In this document: one piece after another, positions 1-9,437 of the stretch | How the letters are laid out: each line of letters opens with the position of its first letter | Position numbering within the stretch: the stretch's first letter is position 1 | NCBI GenBank assembly: GCA_020696385.1 | Contig: JAEHCQ010000002.1 | Span: forward strand, 96,001-160,000 | Source of the DNA: Methanobacteriota archaeon | Lineage (GTDB): Archaea; Thermoplasmatota; Thermoplasmata; SG8-5; JAGLSY01 | Direction of reading: 5' to 3' | DNA: 64,000 nucleotides | Position numbers and translations under genes: made by a program | Notes under the pieces: model-generated | Told to the model about the DNA's origin: nothing | The model's database searches: none | Seen by the model: only the letters and a program-made list of their open reading frames with translations

Positions 1-2
1 TA

Positions 3-419
3 TTTCCACCAGGATGTAAAATAATATCCAAAGCCAAGGGTCTGGAAATGTTGAAACCTGGTCAGATAGTCTTCTGTGTAATTGCTGAAAATGCATCAAA
101 TGAACCGAACCGCCTTATGGCCGCCTCCATTGGTGTCGCGATCCCAAAGAAGACAGAGCATTATGGGTATCTTAGCGAGCATCATTCCTTTGGACAGAAA
201 GATAAAGTGGCTGGAGAATACGCCGAGGATCTGGCAGCTGAAATGCTGGCTTCCACTTATGGAATAACCTTCAATGTCGATGCCAGCTACAATGAGAAGA
301 AAGATTTCTTCAAAATAGATGGCAGGATAGTCAATACAAGAAATCATACCATATCAGCAGTATGTGATAAGAATGGATTGTGGACGACTGTCATATCAGT
401 CGCGGTTCTTGTACTATAG
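3..419 (+). CDS. pdaD: Pyruvoyl-dependent arginine decarboxylase (5'-truncated by window edge)
   Basis: Frame is open from the window start (FPPGCKII...). Motifs NEPNRLMAASIG and YGYLSEHH and a C-terminal WTTVI are typical of PvlArgDC. Confidence 0.85.
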   Translation, partial: FPPGCKIISKAKGLEMLKPGQIVFCVIAENASNEPNRLMAASIGVAIPKKTEHYGYLSEHHSFGQKDKVAGEYAEDLAAEMLASTYGITFNVDASYNEKKDFFKIDGRIVNTRNHTISAVCDKNGLWTTVISVAVLVL

Positions 420-496
420 AATATCTGTGAAATACCAACTCTGTAAAGTATCAACATCATAGGGGTCTGGCTTTTCGAAGTCGAACTTTGTAAGTT

Positions 497-1867
497 TCAA
501 CTTCTCAAAGTTCGAGTTATAGCGAATTCTTTGTTCCTCAAGGCTACAGGATGATATGGATTGATCTTCAATACCTCTTCATAACACTGTATGGCCTCGT
601 CGAACTTTCCTTCAGATTGTAAAAGAGCGGCTTTATTGAGCCAGACCCCGATATCCATCTTATCGAGTTGCAGGGCTTTGTCATAGCACTCCAGAGCATC
701 CTTATTATTACCAAGCACCCTGTAAGTGACGCCGAGATTTGACCAAATTCCGGGATCCTTCGGGCTTATATCCAGGGCCTTACGATACCATGTTATTGCT
801 TCATCGGTCTTGCCCAGAGTTCTGAGTAAAATACCTTTATTGGACATCAGATCAGCATCATTTGGGTTCAATTCGAGTGATTTGTCATAGCACAATAAAG
901 CCTCTCCCAATAGTCCCAGACGATGCAGAGATACGCCTTTGTTGAACCAGGCCCAGGAATCATTCGGGTTCTCTTCCAAAGCCATATCAAAGCATTCAAC
1001 AGCCTGTTCACTCTTGCCCATTTTTTCCAATGCCACCCCTCTATTGAACCAGGAATCATCCTCTGGTCTTGTATTGAAATCATATGCTGATATTTCATCT
1101 TTTGTTAGATCAGACATAGGCTTCCTGGTCTCAGATAATCTCTTCACAGGCGGTTCCTCGGCCTTTGGTGGCTCTTCCGGCTCTTCCGGTTCTTCTGGAT
1201 CAGCCTCATCATGAGTTGGCTCTTCTGTTTTCTTCGTCTTGAGCTTTCCAGATATCTTTGCTTCATGCCTTGAAGGAATTACCTTTTCATCGGATTCCAA
1301 TGATGGTTTTACATGATCTGCTTTGAACTCATATCCGCAGATATCACATGTATCTACATCTGTGTGCCACATGGCACCGCATTCAGGACATTCTAGCTTA
1401 TTTCCAGTCAACATTATATTTCGCACATCCTTTATCTGATCGAATTTTCTGGCCAATGCATTTGAGATCTCCTCATTTATGGATCCTGGATTCAGAGGTA
1501 CTATGAGACTGGAGCCGTTTTTAGCCGCAAATTTACCTAGATCTGATAGGAACTCTTCCGTAACATCATATCCGTTCTCCAATATTAGATATTCGACCTC
1601 GTCTATCATCACAATGCATTCTTTATGGCTCTTCATGAACTTTTTCAGGGTTTTGAGAACCTCACCAGTGAGGGCTTTGGGATCCGTGGGGTCTGAAAGC
1701 CAAATGAATTTCGCCTTCTTAAGGTTATACTCTTTCTTCAGCTTGCGCGGTAATTTGGTTGTCAGGCATATGCATGGTATTCCATGCTTGTCGAACTCTG
1801 CGAAGAGCTCGAAAGTGAAATTCGTTTGTGTTTCGTATATTAGATGATTTTTCCCTCTCTCTATCAT
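497..1867 (-). CDS. DUF835 domain + zinc ribbon + TPR repeat protein
   Basis: N-terminal CLTTKLP/IWLS/IDEVEYLILENG (DUF835-like), CPECG..CDICG ribbon, acidic linker, multiple WxNKG TPR repeats. Confidence 0.8.
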   Translation of the reverse strand: MIERGKNHLIYETQTNFTFELFAEFDKHGIPCICLTTKLPRKLKKEYNLKKAKFIWLSDPTDPKALTGEVLKTLKKFMKSHKECIVMIDEVEYLILENGYDVTEEFLSDLGKFAAKNGSSLIVPLNPGSINEEISNALARKFDQIKDVRNIMLTGNKLECPECGAMWHTDVDTCDICGYEFKADHVKPSLESDEKVIPSRHEAKISGKLKTKKTEEPTHDEADPEEPEEPEEPPKAEEPPVKRLSETRKPMSDLTKDEISAYDFNTRPEDDSWFNRGVALEKMGKSEQAVECFDMALEENPNDSWAWFNKGVSLHRLGLLGEALLCYDKSLELNPNDADLMSNKGILLRTLGKTDEAITWYRKALDISPKDPGIWSNLGVTYRVLGNNKDALECYDKALQLDKMDIGVWLNKAALLQSEGKFDEAIQCYEEVLKINPYHPVALRNKEFAITRTLRS

Positions 1868-1889
1868 GCTACCTTCCCCATATTAAATT

Positions 1890-3650
1890 CTACACCAACC
1901 CTCGCCTCTCCAGTTCCTTCAAAGCGATCTCCCTGTTCTTGACTGCGAGTCTTCTACCAGGGTCTATCTGCATCGCTTTGTCATAACATTCTATTGCCTC
2001 CTTCAAGAGGCCCATACTGCCAAGGACAACACCTTTATTGCTCCAAACTCCCGCATCTCTTGGATTGATCTCTATGGCCTTATCATAAGCTTCTATGGCC
2101 TCTTTTATCCTTCCAGCACTTCTCAAAGCAATACCCTTATTGCTCCAAATACTTGAATCACCTGGATTGACCTGAAGACCCATATTGTAAGAATCAATAG
2201 CTTCCTCAACACGACCCAATGTTCTCAGTGCGATCCCCCTGTTACCCCAGACCTCACTATCATTTGGATTGATCTGAGTGACAAGATCATAACATTCAAG
2301 AGCTTGTTCTATCCTTCCCAACATCTGAAGTACAACACCCTTATTGAATAAAGATTCGGCATGAGCTGGGTCTATGGCAAGAGCACTGTCATAATGTTTG
2401 ATAGCGTCCTCGAACTTCCTCTGTCTTCCAGCGGCAATGCCCATATTGAATTTTTCACTGACCTGGGCCTTCTCTGTTGGTGAAAGACGCCTTTTCACAA
2501 GCCTTCCTTTGATATGCTTCTCCATTGCATCGTTTATATCCATGGATAGAGAATCCAGATTCTTACGGGAACCTCGGAGTTTGCTTACATCTCCATCATA
2601 ATCACTGAGCACATTTTTATATTGGTCTTCCACACCGCTGATATTCTTATGCAATGCCTCTTTGATGTCGCCCATTATCTTGTGCAGATATTCCTCGGCC
2701 TTGCCCGAAAATATCAGAGCAACAGATACATATTTCCCATCTGCAATGAGGATGATATATCCTTTCACATCTATTCTGCTAAATTCAGATGATTCTTCAG
2801 ATGCGAAGGAATTGTTTATGAAGTCCAGAATTGCCTGTAACATGCCCCCGATGAGATCTGGATCGATAAGATCCTGGTCTCTCCAGGTTTTCCTCTGGAT
2901 CAGTGTTCCCGTGCTCCTGTGAATGAGATATATATCCTCGATCTCCAGGTCTGGAAGGTCATCATCTTCCATAGGTATCTCCTGGGTGGCTAATGGGTCA
3001 GGTGGGGCATCTATCCTCAGATCCTGCGGTGTGGACATTGCTGGCTGGGATTGCGCAGCAGGAGTGTATGAAGTTGGAGAGGGAGTATATGATGCAGGTG
3101 TAGGGGAAGGCGCAGGAGCCGGCGCGGTTGGCTGAGGTTGTGGAGCTGGCTCTGGCTTGCCCGCGATCTCATTTATTGTTCCAACCTTGTCAAAATCCCT
3201 AGAAAGAGTTGTCACTGTTTCCTTATTGAATGAATTGGGATTAATGGCTATCATGACGGTTCCGCCATTCATGGACGCCAGGTCATTCGTGCGTTTTATG
3301 AACTTCCTTACCTTGTCATATTCATTCTCCAGGGTCAGATAAGCAAAACCATCGAGCAAGAGTACTGATTCTTCATGTGCCTTCAGGAACTTGTTTATCA
3401 CCCTTGTTATTTCGAAATCCAATCTTGTGGGAACAAGAGTATCGGGCTCATTGCTGGAGTCCGATAGCCAGTATATCTTTGCCTCTTCAGATAGACCATA
3501 TATTTTCTTCAATTTCTTTGGATATAGGGTCGTTATACAGAGACCTGGAACCCCCGATTTGACCACTTCGTCAAATAGTCTAAAGGTCTCATCGGTCTTG
3601 TCCTCGTAAATAAGATAGTTCAATCCTGTGTCAATAGCCGTTTGCCTCAC
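1890..3650 (-). CDS. DUF835 + longin/roadblock-like domain + TPR repeat protein
   Basis: GLCITTLYP/YWLS/LLDGFAYLTLEN (DUF835-like), Pro-rich linker, IEDIYLIH...GGMLQAI domain, C-terminal TPRs. Confidence 0.8.
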   Translation of the reverse strand: MRQTAIDTGLNYLIYEDKTDETFRLFDEVVKSGVPGLCITTLYPKKLKKIYGLSEEAKIYWLSDSSNEPDTLVPTRLDFEITRVINKFLKAHEESVLLLDGFAYLTLENEYDKVRKFIKRTNDLASMNGGTVMIAINPNSFNKETVTTLSRDFDKVGTINEIAGKPEPAPQPQPTAPAPAPSPTPASYTPSPTSYTPAAQSQPAMSTPQDLRIDAPPDPLATQEIPMEDDDLPDLEIEDIYLIHRSTGTLIQRKTWRDQDLIDPDLIGGMLQAILDFINNSFASEESSEFSRIDVKGYIILIADGKYVSVALIFSGKAEEYLHKIMGDIKEALHKNISGVEDQYKNVLSDYDGDVSKLRGSRKNLDSLSMDINDAMEKHIKGRLVKRRLSPTEKAQVSEKFNMGIAAGRQRKFEDAIKHYDSALAIDPAHAESLFNKGVVLQMLGRIEQALECYDLVTQINPNDSEVWGNRGIALRTLGRVEEAIDSYNMGLQVNPGDSSIWSNKGIALRSAGRIKEAIEAYDKAIEINPRDAGVWSNKGVVLGSMGLLKEAIECYDKAMQIDPGRRLAVKNREIALKELERRGLV

Positions 3651-3902
3651 CCCTGAGTCAATTACTTGAATACTATGACGGTGTTATATGGCTTTACCAT
3701 TAATATCTTTTTGGAGAATAAGAGGATCAAAAGCTGAAAATGGGGTCGGTTAGAGCATTATGCAAAATATGACCTCTAAAGATCATCAATATATTGCCGG
3801 ATGTATGCTTAGTATTCTTTGCCATATATACATTATTATAGTTAATTATGGGTAAACAATAAATAATACATTGTGCAATCAGTAGCCAGGTGCTAAAAGT
3901 TT

Positions 3903-5204
3903 ATGAAATTGGATAATCACCCAAAACCCAGAACCATCTACATTGTTGCCATATTCACATTGGTAGCTTCCATAGTTTTAATATCTGGGATATCGGATTC
4001 GGTGGTTTCGGCCGAGCAGACCAGGGCTATAACATCTCAGGAAAGGTATGAGACCTTGCCCTTCAGTCCAGGCAGCCTGATAATTCCGATGGATGAGAAA
4101 CAGAATGAGAAAATGCATGCCTTTGGCATGCTTCATGCTCTTTTAAGAAATGAGACCGTATGCTACAGGCTCATCGGACCTCCAGCTTCTTTCATAAACA
4201 CCATACAATTTCCAAATGGGACCAATTATTCCGGTGGCCCAATGATCCTATTGGAGTACAATATCACATTATTTGATGAAATAAAGGATCAATTTCCCCT
4301 TGTTACCATTCATGAAGTTTCAGAGACCTTTGTTGGCCAGAGGGTGTACAAGATAGAGGAACCTACAAAGGTATTGATAATAGGTAGAGAGGGCACAGAC
4401 TATCAGGAAAGCCTGTCTGCGGAACTATTGAATGATATGAAGATACCTTACAAGGTCAAACAGATATGGCATATCTATCCAGATTCGACTGATTTCCTGG
4501 ATAATGATCTCATAATTATCGAAGACCCAGGTGAGAACGGAGAAATGAGGAGCTGGAAGAGAGACATGATAAGATCCGCTGTGGGTAGTGGTCGGAACTT
4601 CATATTCATTGGTAAGGCCGTCAAGGACCTTCCAAAAATATTTCCCATGAGTGTGAGTCTTTATGCTGTCAATGATAAGATCAACTTCCAGGCCACATTT
4701 GACAATATCGGAGAATCTCCATCCCAATATCATGGATCTGATATCGTCAATGTGACCACCAGTAACTCGATAGCCACAACTCCCATGTTCGAAGATATGA
4801 AACCCATGCTCTATGCAGAGGGGTTTGATGCCCAGATACTATTTGCATCATATTTCAGATATGGAGATGGGACCGTGGAGATATTCTCCTTCGATCCAGA
4901 GGACCAAGTGGGAGAAATGAGAGAGATGGCCTCCATATTCCTGGGTAACAGGTTCGTACAGGCTCCCCCGGCACCATTGAAAGCGCCATTGCCATTGGCT
5001 CCGTCCGCAATGCCAGTTCCGGCTCCAACTTTACCACCACCACCACCACCGCCACCACCGCCGCCTCCAAGCGTGCCGATGGCGACGGCCATACCTGCGC
5101 AGTATCTATTCGCAGGTTTTGCTGGGCTTGCATTGGGTGACAGGATAAAGAGCAAGACCAAGCCTAAAGTCGCCGTAAGGCAGAAGATCAAGATAAGTAC
5201 ATGA
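3903..5204 (+). CDS. Secreted/membrane-anchored hypothetical protein with poly-proline stalk
   Basis: N-terminal hydrophobic segment, long Pro run near the C-terminus, then a hydrophobic segment and a basic tail. Confidence 0.7.
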   Translation: MKLDNHPKPRTIYIVAIFTLVASIVLISGISDSVVSAEQTRAITSQERYETLPFSPGSLIIPMDEKQNEKMHAFGMLHALLRNETVCYRLIGPPASFINTIQFPNGTNYSGGPMILLEYNITLFDEIKDQFPLVTIHEVSETFVGQRVYKIEEPTKVLIIGREGTDYQESLSAELLNDMKIPYKVKQIWHIYPDSTDFLDNDLIIIEDPGENGEMRSWKRDMIRSAVGSGRNFIFIGKAVKDLPKIFPMSVSLYAVNDKINFQATFDNIGESPSQYHGSDIVNVTTSNSIATTPMFEDMKPMLYAEGFDAQILFASYFRYGDGTVEIFSFDPEDQVGEMREMASIFLGNRFVQAPPAPLKAPLPLAPSAMPVPAPTLPPPPPPPPPPPPSVPMATAIPAQYLFAGFAGLALGDRIKSKTKPKVAVRQKIKIST

Positions 5205-5207
5205 GGG

Positions 5208-6323
5208 TTGAATATGAAAATAATAAGAATGCTAGGATTTGCGATCGTGATGTCATTCATCTTCAGCATGGCATTTAGTGCCGTATGCTGTCATGATAAT
5301 GATGGAGCCAATATTCATGATGAGGCAATAGCTCAGACAGAAGGAACAAGACAGGGATTTGTAGGATGGCAACATGCTAGCTTTGATGAGAATCTGGAAG
5401 TGGACTATGCGCCCGTCAACCCCAAGCCCACGGACCCGATCAGAATAACTATCAGGTCACTTGAACCGGATGTCACCATACAAATGGCCTATGTAGATAT
5501 CACTGTCACCTATCCGCAGGGTGGAGTAGCCACCGGTGGAAGGACATTCCTCAGAGTTACTGAAACAGAAATGAAATGCCTGATCGGCCCCTATGATGTT
5601 AATGGAACCACGGTGGCCTTCTTCATAAATGCTTATGATTACAACAATGTGCCCATGCAGTCTCCAGTATACACCATCAATGTCATGGGAGAAGAGAGAA
5701 CAGGTGGCTGGAACAGACTGACTTTCGATGATAATATAAAACTCACACAAACACCCGTATCACCAAATGCCAGTGAAGCCGTCAATATAATAATTGAATC
5801 CAGAGATAGTATCCCCATAGAGGGAGCCAATCTATACTTCCTTTACAAACCGATCGGAGGAGCAGTGGAGTCTGGAGGATGGGCCTTTGACAGGGTGAAC
5901 ATGACTACAATGGAGAGGGAAATACCCGCTAATTTCCATCCAGCTGGCGCGAATATATCTTACTGGATAGTGGCGTGGGATGAATACAGTAATCTGACAA
6001 AGTCAGAACCCATGAATTATTCTGTTCCTGGTATAGTTCTATTCAATTATCCCTTCGAGTATACGATAAAAGAACCAAATGGGGATGTGGATAATTCAAA
6101 ATGGTACCCGGACAATATCACACTTTTTTCCCTGGCTGGGATAGGAATAATAATGATCCCCCTCCTTGCCTATCTGAAGTCCGAAGAGAATAAGAAGATG
6201 AAGAAGAAGGATGACCTTATCATAAAGGAAAAGGATAAGGAGATACTGGGTGGAATTAAAGAAGAAGAAATTGAACCCGATAAAGATGATGATCCAGAAA
6301 CAGATGAGGAGGGTTCAATATGA
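5208..6323 (+). CDS. Secreted protein with two internally repeated Ig-like domains and C-terminal TM
   Basis: Signal peptide; duplicated motif GW..xFD.N....P..P......I.I.S; C-terminal TM and acidic tail; operonic with neighbours. Confidence 0.7.
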   Translation: MNMKIIRMLGFAIVMSFIFSMAFSAVCCHDNDGANIHDEAIAQTEGTRQGFVGWQHASFDENLEVDYAPVNPKPTDPIRITIRSLEPDVTIQMAYVDITVTYPQGGVATGGRTFLRVTETEMKCLIGPYDVNGTTVAFFINAYDYNNVPMQSPVYTINVMGEERTGGWNRLTFDDNIKLTQTPVSPNASEAVNIIIESRDSIPIEGANLYFLYKPIGGAVESGGWAFDRVNMTTMEREIPANFHPAGANISYWIVAWDEYSNLTKSEPMNYSVPGIVLFNYPFEYTIKEPNGDVDNSKWYPDNITLFSLAGIGIIMIPLLAYLKSEENKKMKKKDDLIIKEKDKEILGGIKEEEIEPDKDDDPETDEEGSI

Positions 6324-8992
6324 ATGCGCAAACTGAAATGGCAAAGCCATCAATGATATTTGGACTTACCAATAATCTGAGAAAGATAGCATCGGAGGAG
6401 TCAAAGCATCCGAGATTCGTCATAGTCCTGATGTTCTTCATCCTGGGATTGTTCGGGGCATCGTGGATACCCTTCCTCCCATGGTGGATGGCGATCATCG
6501 TGGCTTTCATCATTGCCGCGATATCATATGGTTTTCCATTCCTATCAATGGTCGTGCTCAGTATTTTCGTAATAGGAGCTGCTGGATATCAGACCGCGGA
6601 GTTCGGACTGTTCATGATGCTCTTCTCCATGGTGGTATTGATAATATCCATGTTCGATTGGAAACTGGGATTCCTGGTATTCCTTTCGATATTCCTGTCC
6701 AGGTTCGGGCTTTCATTGATGGTGCCAATGGTGGCAGCCACATTGTTCCCTCTATTATTGTCCCTATCCACCATCGTGCTCACAGGGGTGTTCCTCACCT
6801 TCATGACCACATGTGGAAACTTGACAGTCGCGGGTATGCTGGTTGGCCCAGTACATGATACCAGCTTCATAGCCTTTTACAAGCCAGTAGTTACTAACTT
6901 CGTACCTTCTGACCTTGGTTCCGCCCTGGGCTCGATCCAGAACGCGGAGATGGACATGATGGGGCAGGTCATAGGTGATAATCTTGGCCTTTCAATAATG
7001 CCCATAATCCAGGTAATATTATGGGGATTCGTGGCCTTCCTGGTATACTGGTTCTTCAACAGAAAGAGATCACATGGCAAGAAGTTAGATGTCAAGATGA
7101 CACTACTGCCAGCTTCAATAGCCGCAGGGGTCTTCATCGGATCTTTAAGCTTCATGCTCACACCAACCACAAATGGAATACTGGCAGGCATCATAATCAT
7201 TCCAATGGTCATGGCCTCCATCCTTCTTGGGAAGGCAGGACATGAGTATTTCTTCACTTACTTTGTCAATCTGGAGATCGAGACCAATGTCGGAACCAGG
7301 ATATCGGAGATGGATAATCTGGGAGAAAGCAGTTTCCAATTGATCGGGGGTCTGGATGATGTTAAAGAAGATATCAAGGAATCCATCATGATGCCGCTTT
7401 TGATGAGCGATATAACTGCCAAATATGGCGTGGAAGCTCCTCATGGTATCCTTCTCTTTGGTCCACCAGGTTGTGGAAAGACAATGCTGATGAAGGCACT
7501 GGCCAATGAGCTCAAGGTGGAGATGATCACCATAAAATGTTCCGATATCATGTCAAAATGGTATGGGGAGAGTGAGAACAAGCTCGCGGACTTATTTGAA
7601 ACTGCAAGGGAGAGAAGGCCATGTATCATCTTCTTTGATGACATGGAAGCAATGGCCAAGCACAGAGACCTGTACGCTGGAGATGATGTCACACCAAGAC
7701 TTTTGAGTATCATGCTGGCCGAGCTTGACGGTATGGATAATGCCGCAGGCATCATACTTGTCGGAACCACGAACAAGCCAGAGCTTATAGATCCGGCTCT
7801 TCTCAGGCCTGGAAGGTTCGACAAGATCATATACGTACCACCGCCAGATGTCGATGAGAGAATGGAAATCCTCAAGGTCCATCTGCGCAACAGGCCGGTA
7901 GAAGAGAATATCGACATGCGCCTTGCTGCATTGAAATCAGAAAGGTTCTCGGGAGCGGATCTTTCAAACCTTGCCAAAGAGGCCGCGGTCATCGCGATGA
8001 GAAGATCTGTGGAGAGTGGTGAAGATTCAGTGATCACTGGAGAGGATCTTGTAACAGTGGCCACGACAGTCAAACCCAGTATCAATCTGGCCATGCTGAA
8101 AGAATATGAGCTTCTCAAAATGGATTATGAAAGGAAGATGCATCATGGCGAGAGAGATGAGAAATGGCAGAAGATCAAATGGGAAGATGTTGCAGGCGCG
8201 GATAGAACAAAGAAGGATATCCGCGGATATATCGATATCCTGACCAAAGAGCCTAAGATATTGGAAGATTTCCGCCTGAAGACAGGACGTGGGATGTTAT
8301 TGTTCGGACCTCCTGGTTGCGGAAAGAGCCATATTATGAAGGCCGCGGCCAATGAGCTGAAGATACCTTTGCAGGTCATAAGCGCGCCCGAGATGATAGG
8401 AACTGGTTTGGGAACCATGCCAGTTAATCAAATATTCTTCCGGGCGAGGGAGAACACGCCGTCAATTCTGATGATAGAGAACATCGATGCCCTGGGATCA
8501 AGAGAATCATTCGAGAATCCAGAGGCTTTCAATGTGATATCCCAGATACTTGATGAGGTCGACAATGTCGAGGCCAGGGAGCATGTGCTTATAGTGGCAA
8601 CCACCAATGATCCGGACAGCCTTCACCCCAGCTTGATGAGGCCAGGTAGGTTCGATAAGATATTCCTAGTACCACCACCCAGCTCCAAGGCCAGGAAAGA
8701 GACCTTTAAGATCTATCTGAAATACATACCAATAGCATCCGATGTTGATGACGAACTACTGGATATACTGGCGATGAAGACCAGTGGATACAGCAATGCG
8801 GATATAGCCGCCATAGTCGATGAAGCAAAGCTTACAGCGGTCGTCAACAATGATCCAGATGGTGAAGTGTGTGAAAGAACTGTGTGCAAGGACCATCTAT
8901 TGAATGCGCTAAAAATGGTGGAGACATCCATCACGAAGGAATATCTGGAATCGACAAAGAAGTTCATGGAGAGATACAAAGTGAGGAAGTAA
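6320..8992 (+). CDS. Membrane-bound CDC48/VCP-like double AAA+ ATPase
   Basis: About 300 aa of multi-TM N-terminus; two GPPGCGK Walker A motifs; two RPGRFDK second regions of homology. Confidence 0.9.
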   Translation: MNAQTEMAKPSMIFGLTNNLRKIASEESKHPRFVIVLMFFILGLFGASWIPFLPWWMAIIVAFIIAAISYGFPFLSMVVLSIFVIGAAGYQTAEFGLFMMLFSMVVLIISMFDWKLGFLVFLSIFLSRFGLSLMVPMVAATLFPLLLSLSTIVLTGVFLTFMTTCGNLTVAGMLVGPVHDTSFIAFYKPVVTNFVPSDLGSALGSIQNAEMDMMGQVIGDNLGLSIMPIIQVILWGFVAFLVYWFFNRKRSHGKKLDVKMTLLPASIAAGVFIGSLSFMLTPTTNGILAGIIIIPMVMASILLGKAGHEYFFTYFVNLEIETNVGTRISEMDNLGESSFQLIGGLDDVKEDIKESIMMPLLMSDITAKYGVEAPHGILLFGPPGCGKTMLMKALANELKVEMITIKCSDIMSKWYGESENKLADLFETARERRPCIIFFDDMEAMAKHRDLYAGDDVTPRLLSIMLAELDGMDNAAGIILVGTTNKPELIDPALLRPGRFDKIIYVPPPDVDERMEILKVHLRNRPVEENIDMRLAALKSERFSGADLSNLAKEAAVIAMRRSVESGEDSVITGEDLVTVATTVKPSINLAMLKEYELLKMDYERKMHHGERDEKWQKIKWEDVAGADRTKKDIRGYIDILTKEPKILEDFRLKTGRGMLLFGPPGCGKSHIMKAAANELKIPLQVISAPEMIGTGLGTMPVNQIFFRARENTPSILMIENIDALGSRESFENPEAFNVISQILDEVDNVEAREHVLIVATTNDPDSLHPSLMRPGRFDKIFLVPPPSSKARKETFKIYLKYIPIASDVDDELLDILAMKTSGYSNADIAAIVDEAKLTAVVNNDPDGEVCERTVCKDHLLNALKMVETSITKEYLESTKKFMERYKVRK

Positions 8993-8993
8993 G

Positions 8994-9335
8994 ATGGAAA
9001 CATTATCCTGGATACTGATCATATCCACAATAATCTTTGCCGCACTTGGGATCTGGGGAATACGATACCCCAGATCGGCCAAAGATTGGAATAAAGATAG
9101 AGCGGAGACCATGTCCTTGTTCTTCAGTATGATGATTTTCCTGGTCTTTTTCCTTTTGATGTGGTACGTGGTCGGGGTGATCGACTGGCCAGATTCCATG
9201 GATCTCATTATCTGGAGCTCGATCATAATATTCCTGTCACTTATCCTGGCAGCCATATTCTTGCCAAAAGGTACGATGATGAACTGGGGCAAGAAGGGTA
9301 AGAAGGTGAAGACCGCGGACGACGATGACGATTGA
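8994..9335 (+). CDS. Small 3-TM membrane protein
   Basis: Three hydrophobic helices; starts 1 nt after the AAA stop codon. Confidence 0.7.
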   Translation: METLSWILIISTIIFAALGIWGIRYPRSAKDWNKDRAETMSLFFSMMIFLVFFLLMWYVVGVIDWPDSMDLIIWSSIIIFLSLILAAIFLPKGTMMNWGKKGKKVKTADDDDD

Positions 9336-9363
9336 TAATAAACATCTAAATTATTAAAAATGA

Positions 9364-9396
9364 AGATCCAGGGGTGTTTCAAACACCCCTGGATCT
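9364..9396. terminator. Perfect inverted repeat between convergent genes
   Basis: agatccaggggtgttt-c-aaacacccctggatct (16-bp arms). Confidence 0.65.
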
Positions 9397-9437
9397 ATTG
9401 TTTAGGAATTGGCTCATCACCTATGATTAATATTGAT

